Source: Zygnema circumcarinatum SAG 698-1b
Lineage: Eukaryota; Plantae; Zygnematophyceae
Length of the DNA: 64,000 nucleotides
Reading direction: 5' to 3'
Assembly (NCBI GenBank): GCA_037447605.1
Contig: CM074819.1
Coordinates: 1,510,297-1,574,296 of the forward strand
A model generated the notes under the pieces. It saw only the letters and a program-made list of their open reading frames with translations. It was not told the DNA's origin and ran no database searches. The position numbers and the translations under genes are program-made. Shown here in pieces: positions 1 through 16,546 of this stretch; the first letter of the stretch is position 1; every line of letters begins with the position of its first letter.

Positions 1-26
1 CACAAAGCGAAGCCTGGCTGATGGTG

Positions 27-77
<51 letters not shown>

Positions 78-800
78 CGCCCGCCCGCAAGGAGCGCGCC
101 TACGCGTCCCAATACTATACAGCCGGCGATCCATGGCCGCTGGGATTGTGGGCTGCCTCGCCGCCCGGTTGGATGCCCGCCTCCCTCCCTCCCTCCCTCC
201 GCCCGCAAGTAAACGCGCCCACCGCCCCTCCGAGAAAGCTTTGGCTTCTCTACGGAAGCCCTCGTCCGATTATGCTCACATGGGGGGGAGGGAAGGGAGT
301 GAGAGGGGGAAAAAGGGAGAGAGAGAGTGAGAGAGGGAGGGGGAGAGGGAGAGGGAGTCTATCGACGATGCCTTCCTATGTCCTTCCAACGCCGCCAATC
401 ATTCCATTCTCCTTCGACGCGCGCAGTTGTTCCGTGGGGCGGCCCCACATTGGCGATCTTCGGGGGTGCTCTTAGAGGGGTGTTGTTGTTAGGCCTCGAA
501 GCAAGGTTCCCTCATACCCATTCTTTTGTCCATGGCTCATTTTTGACCGGCTCACATTGGTTCTACAAATTTTCTTTGTCCATGTGCTTTTGATGGCATC
601 GCCATAGTGGGATCAGTGGCAATTCATTCGTCTTCTTTATGAGGAAACACCAAGGTCTCAGTGAAAACAGGGCAGCAAGAAAAGGGCAGGAGAAGGAAGG
701 CAGAAGTAAGAAAGGAGGTAAAGGAGAGGAAAATAGGAGGTGGGGGAGAGAGGGAGAGGGAGTGGGCGAGGGATTCAACCATCCTCTTCTTTTCAAAGCA

Positions 801-3800
801 TCACCGTCTCCTGCCTCCAACCTTTCTCTCTATTCTCGTCTTGGCTGCAAGGATGGCCTCCTCCTCAAGCTCCTCCGTTTCATAGCCCTCACTCTCCTTA
901 CCGCTCTCTCTCCCCTCCCGTCCCTCACTCTCTCCTTTCAAACCCCCCTCTCCCTCTCCCTCCACACTACCACCGTCCTCCTCTCCTTCCAACAACTCCG
1001 TTTCAGCATCACTCTCTACACCCCCCTCCCTCCCATCTCCCTCTACCCCACTCCCCTTCAAATTTCCTTCATCCTTTTGTGAGAATCTTTCAAGCAGCCC
1101 CTCGTATATAGAACTCAGCCTGCTTAATTCTTTGAGAATCTCTTCAGATCCCCATTTTTTCCCCGCTCCATTTTTCTTCCCTTCCACTTCCGCCAATCTC
1201 TTCACGGCTTCCGGCACAACTGGCCACTCCTCAAAGACAGTCGAAATTTTCTATTCCGAACCACATGAACGGAAACGGGCAGCATATTATTAACAAGAAT
1301 AAAAAACAAAAACGGATGAAAATAAAGGGAAACCCACAGATAGTTTAGGTCAAATGCTGTGCTACAGTATGCGATGGGCTAAAGGTGATTGTTTTTTTTC
1401 CAAAAGACCCAAAAAAGCAAATGGGAAGTGGAGGTAAGGGTGCCCACCCTTTTCTTCCGAAGCAGTTCGACGGCGATCTGAAAGCACGCGAGAACACCGC
1501 GTGCAGCTACGCTCTTCATTTCGCTCTCTTTTGGCTGAGAAGGAGCGAACAGCAAACGGGTCAGAACGTACAGCTCGTAGAGCTCTCTCTCACACACACC
1601 CAGATTGGGGGAGGGGGAGGGGGAGGGGAGGGGGAGGGGGAGGGGAGGGGGAGGGGGAGGGGGAGGGGGAGGGGAGGGAGGGGGAGGGGGAGGGGGAGGG
1701 AGGGGGAGGGGGAGGGGGAGGGGGAGGGGAGGGGGAGGGGGAGGGGGAGGGGGAGGGGGAGGGGGAGGGAGGGGGAGGGGGAGGGGGAGGGGAGGGGGAG
1801 GGGGAGGGGGGAGGGGGAGGGGGAGGGGGAGGGGGAGGGGGAGGGAGGGGGAGGGGGAGGGAGGGGAGAGGGAGGGGGAGGGAGGGGGAGGGAGGGAGGG
1901 AGGGGGAGGGGAGGGGGAGGGGGAGGGGGAGGGGGAGGGAGGGAGGGAGGGAGGGAGGGGGAGGGAGGGAGGGAGGGAGGGAGGGGGAGGGAGGGAGGGG
2001 GAGGGGAGGGAGGAGGGAGGGAGGGAGGGAGGGAGGGGAGGGGGAGGGGAGGGAGGGGAGGGAGGGGGAGGGGGAGGGGGAGGGAGGGAGGGGGAGGGAG
2101 GGGAGGGGGAGGGAGGGAGGGGGAGGGGGAGGGGGAGGGGGAGGGGGAGGGAGGGGGAGGGAGGGAGGGGGAGGGAGGGGGAGGGGGAGAGAGGGAGGGA
2201 GGGAGGGAGGGGGAGGGAGGGAGGGGGAGGGGGAGGGAGGGAGGGAGGGAGGGGGAGGGAGAGGGAGGGAGGGAGGAGGGGGAGGGGGAGGGGAGGGAGA
2301 GGGGGAGGGAGGGAGGGAGGGAGGGAGGGGGAGGGAGGGGAGGGGGAGGGAGGGGGAGGGGGAGGGGGAGGGAGGGAGGGAGGGAGAGGGAGGGGGAGGG
2401 GGAGGGAGGGGGAGGGGGAGGGGGAGGGAGGGGGGGAGGGAGGGAGGGAGGGAGGGGGAGGGGGAGGGGGAGGGGGAGGGGAGGGAGGGAGGGAGGGAGG
2501 GAGGGAGGGGGAGGGGGAGGGAGGGGGAGGGAGGGAGGGAGGGGAGGGAGGGGGAGGGAGGGGAGGGGGAGGGAGGGAGGGGGAGGGGGAGGGGGAGGGA
2601 GGGGGAGGGGGAGGGAGGGGGAGGGAGGGGGAGGGGAGAGGGGGGGAGGGAGGGGGAGGGGGAGGGGGAGGGGGAGGGGGAGGGGGAGGGGGAGGGGGAG
2701 GGGGAGGGGGAGGGGGAGGGGGAGGGGGAGGGGAGGGAGGGGGAGGGGGAGGGGGAGGGGGAGGGGAGGGAGGGAGGGGGGAGGGGGAGGGGGAGGGGGA
2801 GGGAGGGGGAGGGAGGGGGAGGGAGGGGAGGGAGGGGGAGGGAGGGGAGGGAGAGGGAGGGAGGGAGGGGGAGGGGGAGGGGAGGGAGGGGGAGGGGGAG
2901 GGGGAGGGGGAGGGAGGGAGGGAGGGGGAGGGAGGAGGGAGGGAGGGAGGGAGGGGAGGGAGGGAGGGAGCGAGGAGTGGAGGGAGTAGCGGGAAGGAGA
3001 GGGGAGGAGGGGGCCAGAGAGAGAGAGGGTCTGTGAAAGAGAGAGCAGGAGAGAGAGAGAGTTTCTCCAGCAAACTTCCCGGGTTCCATACACATACTAG
3101 TGTCAAAGTTCTTCTAGCTTTTTATTTTTTTGTTTATTGATGTCCAAAATCAAAATGTGAGTGAACGTAATGTCACCTTCTCTTCCTGCTGTCGTAAGTA
3201 ATCTTCCGTTGCCGCCAGATCGACGTGTACCCAATTCGCCACGTCTGCATCACTTCCGATCTGATATTCATTCAGCGTCTCTCCTTTCTCTCCCTCTCTC
3301 TCTCCCTTTTCCTCTCCCTCCCTTACTTCCTCTCCTTTTCTTTTCACGGCCCCCCTGACTGAGCGACCTTCTTTCTTCCTTCCCTCCCTCCCTCCCTCTC
3401 TCCCGCCCCCTCTCACCCCCTCCCTCTCTCTCCTATCCCCCCTGCCCGCAATTGTCCGCCGCCAGGGCCGGCCAACGTGCCACGTGTACGGATCGATCGA
3501 CACTGGTTGGCGTTCCTTATAACATTTCTCCACCCATTCCTGTAAAAAATAAGAATGAAGAAAAAAAATAAATGACATATGAAAACTAGAGCTTAGTCCT
3601 ATACATGATCTTCGGAGCTCCTAGAAGCTTCTTTTCTGAATCTACATAAGCGTCCTGCTAATGATTTTTTGAGGCTTTAAGGTGTTCATGTCTGTTCGGA
3701 ATATGAAATTTCCTTTTTAACTCCTCCTTTACGGTTACAAGATTTACCGTCGACTGAGCAGTTAACGTTCAACAAACCCATCATCGAATCTTCTGCTTTA

Positions 3801-4311
3801 CCTTTCCTCCAAATTGCATTAAACCTGTCACTTTAATTCTTTTGCAGACTGTACTCACTTTGTTCACGATCGTCCCTCCGTCATTTTTTACTTCTCGAAA
3901 CTTGGGAGTGTTGGGGAAGGCGCAGACCAAAAGGGTGCAGTCGGGGCCCCATGCAGGCCGGTACTCGCCTCCCATCTCCGCCGCCATGCTCCTCAGAGAG
4001 GCTCTCTCGGGGTTTTCAATTCCGGAAATTACAAATATGACCCCATCCTGGAAATTGGGTTTGTGGGTTTTTAAGAGCAGCAGCGAAGGAAGAGAAGAGA
4101 AGCAATTTCAAGGTTTTTTTTTTTTTTTTTTTTCATTTTTACGTTTTCTTATTCTGAAAGTGGAGACTGGCGCTTTCCTAGGGAATTCCAAATGCGGGAA
4201 AGAAGCCAGTATCTGCATCAGACGGAAAGAAATTAGACCAATTATGAAATGAAGGGCAGAAATTTCGCTCACCATCAGCTTAGAAAAGCGAGTGTCATCA
4301 TCATCGTTCAT
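801..4311 (-). CDS. XRCC1: DNA repair scaffold protein XRCC1 (plant type, single BRCT domain), 5 exons, about 375 aa
   Basis: Exons 4273-4311, 3859-4047, 3177-3539, 1448-1534 and 801-1250, all GT-AG and phase 0. The spliced protein reads FSKLM|[63 protein letters not shown]|EWVEKCY, which matches the XRCC1 BRCT1 motif. The C-terminal [25 protein letters not shown]...[14 protein letters not shown] matches the plant XRCC1 C-terminal region. Confidence 0.93.
1607..3000. repeat. About 1.4 kb G/A-only low-complexity tract (GGGGAG/GGGA units) in XRCC1 intron 3
   Basis: Sequence is essentially only G and A, bounded by the XRCC1 exons 1448-1534 and 3177-3539. Confidence 0.95.
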
Positions 4312-4618
4312 TTTTCCGCCCCAATTTCAAAGCGCTCAAATTCCCTCCGGTTTGCATTCATTCCACCGCGAGGAGTGAGTGCGTGCGTCGTACGGACAAC
4401 AGATTGTCTATCGACCAAGCTATAACAAAAATCGGATCAGTTATCGTAGAGGAGAGGAGAGGAGAGGAGAGGAGAGAGGTACATAGTACTTGTGTTACTT
4501 CTGCTTGTAGTTGGTGCTACACGTATATTCTACATTACAGGAATTTCGAGAGCGACGGATGCATGCATGTAAGGACGACTCCTTCCGGACATATCCAGAT
4601 GTGGCGACCATGGGATCG

Positions 4619-5391
4619 GCAACCATTGGGGCAACCATTGGGGCAACCATTGGGGCAACCATTGGGGCAACCATTGGGGCAACCATTGGGGCAACCATTG
4701 GGGCAACCATTGGGGCAACCATTGGGGCAACCATTGGGGCAACCATTGGGGCACCCATTGGGGCACCCATTGGGGCACCCATTGGGGCACCCATTGGGGC
4801 ACCCATTGGGGCAACCATTGGGGCATTGGGGCAACCATTGGGGCAACCATTGGGGCAACCATTGGGGCAACCATTGGGGCAACCATTGGGGCAACCATTG
4901 GGGCAACCATTGGGGCAACCATTGGGGCAACCATTGGGGGCAACCATTGGGGCAACCATTGGGGCAACCATTGGGGCAACCATTGGGGCAACCATTGGGG
5001 CACCCATTGGGGCACCCATTGGGGCATTGGGGCAACCATTGGGGCAACCATTGGGGCAACCATTGGGGCAACCATTGGGGCAACCATTGGGGCAACCATT
5101 GGGGCAACCATTGGGGCAACCATTGGGGCAACCATTGGGGCAACCATTGGGGCAACCATTGGGGCAACCATTGGGGCAACCATTGGGGCAACCATTGGGG
5201 CAACCATTGGGGCAACCATTGGGGCAACCATTGGGGCAACCATTGGGGCAACCATTGGGGCAACCATTGGGGCAACCATTGGGGCAACCATTGGGGCAAC
5301 CATTGGGGCAACCATTGGGGCAACCATTGGGGCAACCATTGGGGCAACCATTGGGGCAACCATTGGGGCAACCATTGGGGCAACCATTGGG
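4619..5391. repeat. 12-bp minisatellite (GCAACCATTGGG)n, about 64 units
   Basis: Direct reading. GCACCCATTGGG variants lie near 4751-4810 and 5001-5020, with truncated 8-bp units near 4821 and 5023. Confidence 0.97.
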
Positions 5392-6344
5392 TAGCAATGG
5401 TTGGACGTCCAATGGTTAGCAACCATTGCCATCCAATGGTCGCTGCCAATGGCAATGGTTGTTTCGGTCCCACGCACATGGTTCCGACAATGGGCCAACC
5501 ATGGTTCGCAACCATTGGCAATGGTTGATCCAACCAATGGTTCGCCCTGTGCGCATAGTAATGTGGTTTGTACCGCAAAAACTGGTTTTTGGTCCTAAAA
5601 AGGCCTTGACAATTGGGGCCTTTTTTGGAGGTCAACGGCCTGACTGATCTACCTCACTTCAAACCATGAATATCTTTCGATCATTTATGCTATTGCAAAT
5701 TTTGAAAGCTGATCTGAGGTTCTTTGAAAAGCCAGACTTTCATTAGGCCAAAGTTCCTTTAAATCGGAAAAATTCCGAATTCAGTTTTTATTTTATTTTT
5801 CCCTCCCTCCTCCCTCCCCTCTCTCCCTCTCCCACTCCCTCTCCCTCGAAGACGAACAGAAAAAAAGCTGAAAGATGGTTTGTTCTTAGGTTTGTTAGGT
5901 CTTAAGCGTTCCTTAAAAGGTAGATTATTTAAACCAAAAAAAAAAATGCCAATGGAGCAATAAACCATTCGACCTAACATGGAAGTTATATTTAGGTGCT
6001 CCAACCTAATGACGAATAGAAAAGTAAATATCGAACATGTCCCCGACTTCTCGTTCCCACCAACCACCCCAGGGAAGTATGCTGACTACGGAGCTTATTG
6101 GAGTGATTTCATCTAGTCCTCTGCAAGGGAAAATTGACGCAATCTCGCAGCAGCAAAAAACCGACCAAAAAGTTTGCTGTCATCTCCACGCTTTCTCGCC
6201 AGAATAGCTTAAAAAAAAATTGGCAAAACAAAGAAATATGAGGTCATTAAAGTGAAAAGAATCAACAATTTTAAGAATTGATCACGTCCGGACATGAACT
6301 CATTTTTTTCCTTCCTCGCCAAAATCCCCTTTCGTCACGTCACA

Positions 6345-10795
<4,451 letters not shown>

Positions 10796-10964
10796 TGCCC
10801 GGGAGGGCGGGGAGGGAGGGAGGAGGGAGAGGGGAGGGGGGAGGGAGGCGCAGGGAGCGACAGCGGGAGAGAAGGGAGAGGCTGATGGGGGGGGGAGGGG
10901 GGGGGGGGTGGGGAATGGGGATGGGATGGGGAGGGAGGAGGGACACGTGGCGAGAGCCTAGGAG

Positions 10965-11065
10965 CATGATGCCATGCTGTCATCATGCCATGCCATGCTA
11001 TGCTATGCCGTGCCATGCCATCATCATGCCATGCCATCATCATGCCATGCCATGCCATGCCATGC
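10965..11065. repeat. CATGC/CATCATGC short tandem repeat just upstream of the Deg start
   Basis: Repeated catgc/ccatgc units; a similar array lies at 55215-55432. Confidence 0.85.
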
Positions 11066-12002
11066 CAGGCTGGTATGGGGTGCAAGTCGACCAGGTGACC
11101 GTTGCCGTGCTACGCGGCGCCAACCGGCTTTACCACGTACTGTACGCTTGGTTTGGGGACTTCGGCCGAACATTGAAGGGACTCATGCAACCGAATCATC
11201 AGTCGGCTCGAGCACAGTTGCCCCTCCTGCCATGACTCCATGCATGCATGGAGTCATTCACTCATTCAAACAGTTGGGTCACACAGGTCCCACATATTGC
11301 CTTTGTCCATGTATGTACATGTGAAGGCATCGCCATTGTGAGGTCAATGCCGGTTCACTCCCTAAAGGCCATACTTCGCATATTCATTGCATTCATGTTT
11401 GCATTGTCTCATGCGCCTTGTTGTCTGGTGCTGAACTGGCAGGGCATGGATCCATGCTCGTTGTGAAAGAGAACGTGTTAGTCACAGGTTGTACTTGACG
11501 CCCCCTTTCTTCCACTTGAACTGATTCAAGTCATGAGCACCATCTCCCATATTGGTTCTAACATGGCCCTTTCCCCTGCACATTCGATGTTGTTGGTGAG
11601 ACCAAACAAAATTCACAACCATCCTCCCCATCACCTGCCCCATGCCCCCTTCTATACCAACCAATTCATTGAACATTGAACATTGAACATTGGCATTGGC
11701 ATTGTTCATGTCCATGTTCCCCAAACTCCCCAAATTTCCAAACGAGAGCCGTTTCGTTACCGTCGAGTCCGCGACTTTTCGAGTGCACGGTTCAAACCGC
11801 CGCCGTTTACACACTATACCCCATTTGACCGACTCCCACGATTCGAACTCAAAATTCCCAAACAACATACCCCATTTTCCCCCTCAAAAAACCGCAAAAT
11901 CTCGTCTGGACCACACACGTGTGTGGCGCCCAAGCGGGGGCCCGTCGCCCCCTGCCACATCAGCGCCCTTTTCAGACCTTCCACACGCGCGAGACCATTT
12001 CT

Positions 12003-12175
12003 CCAATCAAAGGTTGTCACGTGTACCAACACGCGCAGCAAAGCTCCCCCATTGGTCTGTTCATATCGACGAGCGCTCAGCGCGGCAGCCCGTGCTACTC
12101 CTCAGTTCTGACCAATGGGCGGGCGTCACGTGGCAGTCCAAATCATTTTTTACCAATGGGCGCAAACCACGTGGC
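12003..12175 (+). promoter_or_regulatory. Three CCAAT-N10-CACG(TG) composite elements (ERSE-like, with G-box/ABRE) in the divergent Deg/FATA1 intergenic region
   Basis: 12003-12023 CCAATcaaaggttgtCACGTG; 12112-12134 CCAATgggcgggcgtCACGTGGC; 12153-12175 CCAATgggcgcaaacCACGTGGC. Spacing is identical in all three. Confidence 0.6.
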
Positions 12176-12814
12176 AGTTCGAGCGAGCGATCTACGGCGG
12201 ACCGTAGGCCTCCCCGGGAGGAGGGCCGCGATTGGCCGTCTGCACGTGCGAGGATGCGCGCGGAATGGCGGGCGGCGGGGGGAGGAGCGCTTCTGCCATG
12301 TCGGCGCGCGAGCGGTCTTCCTGATGTAGATAGCTGGCGGCGAGGGAGGAAGAGAGGTTGGGAGGGAGGGAGGGAGGGAGGGAGGGAGAGGGAGAGGGAG
12401 AGGGAGAGGGAGAGGGAGAGGGAGAGGGAGATAGAGGGGGGAAGGAGTCGAGTATGAAGGTGAAGGGAGGGCGAGTGAGAGAGAGAGCTTGAACAGGTAG
12501 TGGACGAGGTGAGGGAGTCTGTGCAGAGAGGGTGTAGACGGACGGGGGAGGGAAAGGGGGAGAGAGAGGATAGGGGGAGGGAGAGGGAGGAGAGAGGAGG
12601 GAGGTAGGCAACCTACAGATTTTGAAGGGGGGCGATGGTAAGGAGAGACATAGCTGGAGGAAGTTAGCTGTAAAGAGAGAGAGAGAGGGGGGGAGAGAGA
12701 GGGGGGGGGAAGGAGTGTTGAGAAACGTTATATAGGAAGAAAGAGGGAAAGGAAGAACCCAAGATTCGTCATATCTTACCTTCTATAGGAGGAGGCTTGG
12801 CCGACTGCTAAGTT

Positions 12815-15800
12815 ATGGCACTCCATACATACTCCCTCTCTGCATCACGTCACCTTGAAGTGATGCAGGCGACGCACCGCAGCATCACCCTCAACTTCAC
12901 AGAAGCCCGAGAATTCTCCGGTGGGGCTCTCCGTGCAAAGGGAAATTTTCCGAATTCTGAGACACATGTGGGCGCAGTTAAACGGTACGGATTGCTGCCA
13001 GTTGTCGCGAGCACGGGGTCTGGCGGCAACAACGGCGCCGTTAGCAGTAACGGAAGATCTGCAACTGCAAGGAACGCCGCGGTGCAGGAGAGAAGCTACG
13101 CGGGATCGTCTAATGGAGCCCTGTTTGGGGCAATGCTGGAGACGAGGGGGAAGGATGTGAAGGTAGAAAAGGGGGTGGGGGAGGGAGAGGGGGAGGATTT
13201 TCTGAGTACTGGGAAGTTAATTGACGGAGGAATGGTGTACCGTGAGACTTTCATGATTCGATGTTATGAAGTGGGAGTGAATAGAACGGCTTCGATTGAA
13301 AGTATCGCGAATCTGCTGCAGGTAAAGCATGACTCCGTCTGCTCAGATTCCGGGTTGAATTGGGCTTTTGGGGACGGTCAATTTCGGGGTGTTGGGTGGA
13401 GAGAATTGGAGTTTGAGTGTGATTAAATGTTGGGTTGACAGGATGTTTTTAAGATGGGGAGATTAGATGAATGAAGGTTCTGACGTTAATCTGGGTTTCA
13501 CTTCTACTAAATTCGGACATTTTTTTTCATGTGATGACACTTGGTGTGAGTAGGTGTTTGCTTTCTTTCTTTATATGGGAGGTCAAACCCCTCCCTCTTT
13601 TCTTAACGTGGGCTCTCATTTTTCTGAATTATTTCAGGAAATTGGCTGTAATCACGCGCAAAGTGTTGGTTTCTCTAATGATGGTTTCGCCACAACTCCT
13701 CTGATGAGAAAGAAGAGGCTGATTTGGGTGACCACCCGCATGCATATAGAGATGAGTCGGTACCCTGTATGGTGAGTGCCTTTTTATCATTTTTAAAGTC
13801 ATACCTTTCAAATTTAAACAGTGAGAAGAGGATTCGTCCAGCCCACCTAGTGCAGTGAGCAGACTTTTGTTCCTGCTGTCCTTTTTGAACCTTGAAGTTC
13901 TGAATTCCATGCTTTATATCTAGCCTCAATTGCCAAACATAGAACGCTGAACCGCTGCTGGGGTTCGTTCCTTCATTTCAATCTTTAGTGCATAGAATTA
14001 GAGAAAGTAGACTATTGCTTGTTCTTGACTAGTGCATTTTAAATGTCTTATTTATAGTTTTCGTTCCTTCTTTTGCAGGGGGGATCGTGTGGAAATTGAG
14101 ACGTGGTTTCAGGGCGAGGGAAGCATCATGTCGCGGAGGGATTGGATCATTAAAATGGCGCACACAAAGGAGGTCATCGGAAGGGCGACCAGGTGCTAAA
14201 AGCCTGCTTAAGTCCTTCTTAGAGCCCACATTGGTCTTTTTTTTGCCTACCTAAAAAATCAAAATGAAAATCTGCACATAGTTTGAACCTTCTTAGCTTA
14301 GTCAATGGTGGTGGTGAAACCGAGTTTTTATGAATCTCTGCTATAGAGGAGTCGAATGGAAATTTGAGGAGGGTGTAAGTTTTCCTTAGACAAGACCGAA
14401 GGTTCCCTTCTAAAGATTGAAAGAGAAGAGAGTTCTCGAAGAAAGGTAGAAGACTCACTTGAAATATAAGGTCTTAAGGCTCCACTAGAAAGATAGTAAG
14501 AGAAGTTAAGGCTAGTAGGCTCCCTTTGAAAGGAAGAGGAGGTTACCTTGAAAGATAAGAGAAAGATAGGAAGAGAAAGCTCCCTTAGAAAGATTAGGGA
14601 GAGAACGTCACCTGAAAAACCAAGAAGAGAAGAGAAAGATAGGACGAGAAAGCTCCCTTACAAATATTAGTGAGAGAAGGCTAGGTAGGTATTTAGAGAA
14701 GCTTCCTTAGAAAGATAGGAAGAGAAGGTTACCCTAGAAAGATAAGAAGATAACAGAAAGATGGAAGAGAATATTGCCATAGAAGGATAAGAAGGGTAGA
14801 GAAAGATGGAAGAGAAGGCTCCTGTAAGAAGAGTAGGATCCACTAGAAAGATAGGAGGAGGCCCCCTTAGAAAGATAGGAAGGGGAGGTTACCGTAGAAG
14901 AGAAGAGAAACATAGGAGGATAAGACTCCCTTAGAAAGGTATGGAGAGAAGCTTACCATAGAAAGATAAGAAGAAGAAGAGAAGGGAAAGATAGGAAGAG
15001 AAGGCTACCTTACGGTAAGACGAGAAGGATCCATTAGATAGGAAGAGAAGGTTCCCTTAGGATATAGCATGAGAAGGTTTCCTTCAGACAGCTAGAAAGA
15101 GAAGCGGGTAGAGGGCTGGAGTGTGGATAGACAATTACCCCCCATGCATTTGGGCAGATGGGGTTGCACCTTCTTTTCTTGATCTCGTTCTTTTGTTTGT
15201 CGTTACGCCCACTTTCCATATTCCTTTACCTAGTTCTTTCTTTCTTTTTTGCCTGTTTGGTTTTTTTTTTTTTTCGTTTTTTACTGTCTAATCTGATTGG
15301 TTTTCTGCCATTTTCTGTCTCGTTCCTTTCCTGCAGCTCGTGGGTGAACATGAACCAGGACACGCGGAGGCTCTCAAAAGTTCCTGAAGATGTGAGAGCA
15401 GAGTTCATGCAGCACTGCCCATCTCCACCAAGGTAGTCAACTGGGCACTAGTCAAACCTGGTCAACGCTAAGAAAGTTTTTTCTGATCTTAAAGATGTTG
15501 AACTATTTCAGCATTCCTTGTGAGTTAGATCACCAATGAAGGACAATGCTGTGAGTGCAGGTTTGCTATACCAGATGATCCTGCTGTGAAGATTCCAAAA
15601 CTGGACGATCCAGCGGAGTCGGTTGTCTCTCATTTAAGGGTATGTGGTTAACTATGGTCTTCTGGTTATCTTTTAATCATTGTGCGTTCGGCGTTCTTTA
15701 TCTCTTCATTCCCTTTCTTGACCTATGTAACGGGTGCTTTTTCGTTTCATGTATCTCTTCTAACAGTGGCATTGAAAAATTCTTCTCTTCCTTTTCCTTT

Positions 15801-16546
15801 TTCGACTTTAATGCAGCCAAGGCGAGGAGACCTCGACATGAACCAGCATGTGAACAATGTCACATACATTGGCTGGATGCTGGAGGTGAGAGAACTAGAC
15901 ACACCCAATTCGATTTTCTCACGACAGTTTCATGCAATCCCCATCAATTTCACCAGATTGCATTTCAGACTTAGCAGATCTTGAAATGCCTTTATGATCT
16001 GCAAACCCTAAAATCCCTAAAAACCCTAAAATCCCTACAAACCCTAAAGACCCTAATACCCTTAAAGCCCTAAAAACCCTACAAACCCTAAAAACCCACA
16101 AACCCTAAAAACCCTAAAACCCCTTCTTAACGCTTGGTCCTGTGTGCTCGAGGAGCATCCCGCAGAGCATCCCGGGCGCAGTGCTGGAGGTGGCGGAGCT
16201 CGCGAAGATCACGCTCGAGTACCGGCGCGAAGTGAGCGGCGGGGAGATGGTCGAGTCCCTCGCGACCATGGCCCCGCCGCCTCTCCCTCTCCCTCTCCCT
16301 CTCCCTCTCCCTCTCAGCGAGGCCAAGGCGGCGGCGGCGCGAGGGCCCCCCCCCGCGGAGACCAACGGCAACGGCAACGGCTCGGCGGCCGGTTCCGTGG
16401 CCACAGCTGCTTCGCCCAAGTTTATGGTAGAGAGCGGGGGGGAGCTCGAGTTCATCCACCTCCTGCGCCTGCAAGACGACAACAAAGAGATCAACCGCGG
16501 GAGGACGGCCTGGAGGGCCAAGTCCACCTGCAGGATCAACCCTTAG
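12815..16546 (+). CDS. FATA: Acyl-ACP thioesterase FatA-type, copy 1, 7 exons, 459 aa, with a transit-peptide-like N-terminus
   Basis: Exons 12815-13321, 13638-13771, 14079-14192, 15337-15432, 15561-15639, 15817-15885 and 16166-16546 (1380 nt, phases consistent). Motifs: ETFMIRCYEVGVNRTASIESIANLLQE, GFATTP, MNQDTRRLSKV, DLDMNQHVNNVTYIGW, TLEYRRE, EINRGRTAW. Confidence 0.95.
14380..15070. repeat. Degenerate purine-rich minisatellite (TAGAAAGATAGGAAGAGAAG-like) in FATA copy 1 intron 3
   Basis: Repeated tagaaagata(g/a)gaagagaa units of variable length; only a short remnant is seen in copy 2 intron 3 (about 23250-23310). Confidence 0.8.
16001..16120. repeat. Telo-box/telomere-like (AAACCCTAA)n array at the 3' end of FATA copy 1 intron 6
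   Basis: About 13 units with roughly 9-bp period; a shorter homologous array lies at 24310-24352 in copy 2. Confidence 0.85.

Noticed and set aside
1379-3140. Six 500-575 aa Pro-rich or Gly/Arg/Glu-rich ORFs (extensin-like)
   Set aside because: A G/A-only tract cannot contain stop codons in most frames; it lies inside XRCC1 intron 3.
4108-4212. Possible extra XRCC1 exon [23 protein letters not shown]
   Set aside because: Joining exon 1 directly to 4047 gives the conserved FSKLM-DGVIFV BRCT start; this segment would interrupt it and break phase.
4383-5635. Repeat proteins (GQPL/GNHW/CPNG)n or a CRISPR-like array
   Set aside because: Pure 12-bp tandem repeat with no unique spacers, open in all frames for trivial reasons, in a eukaryotic context with no cas genes.
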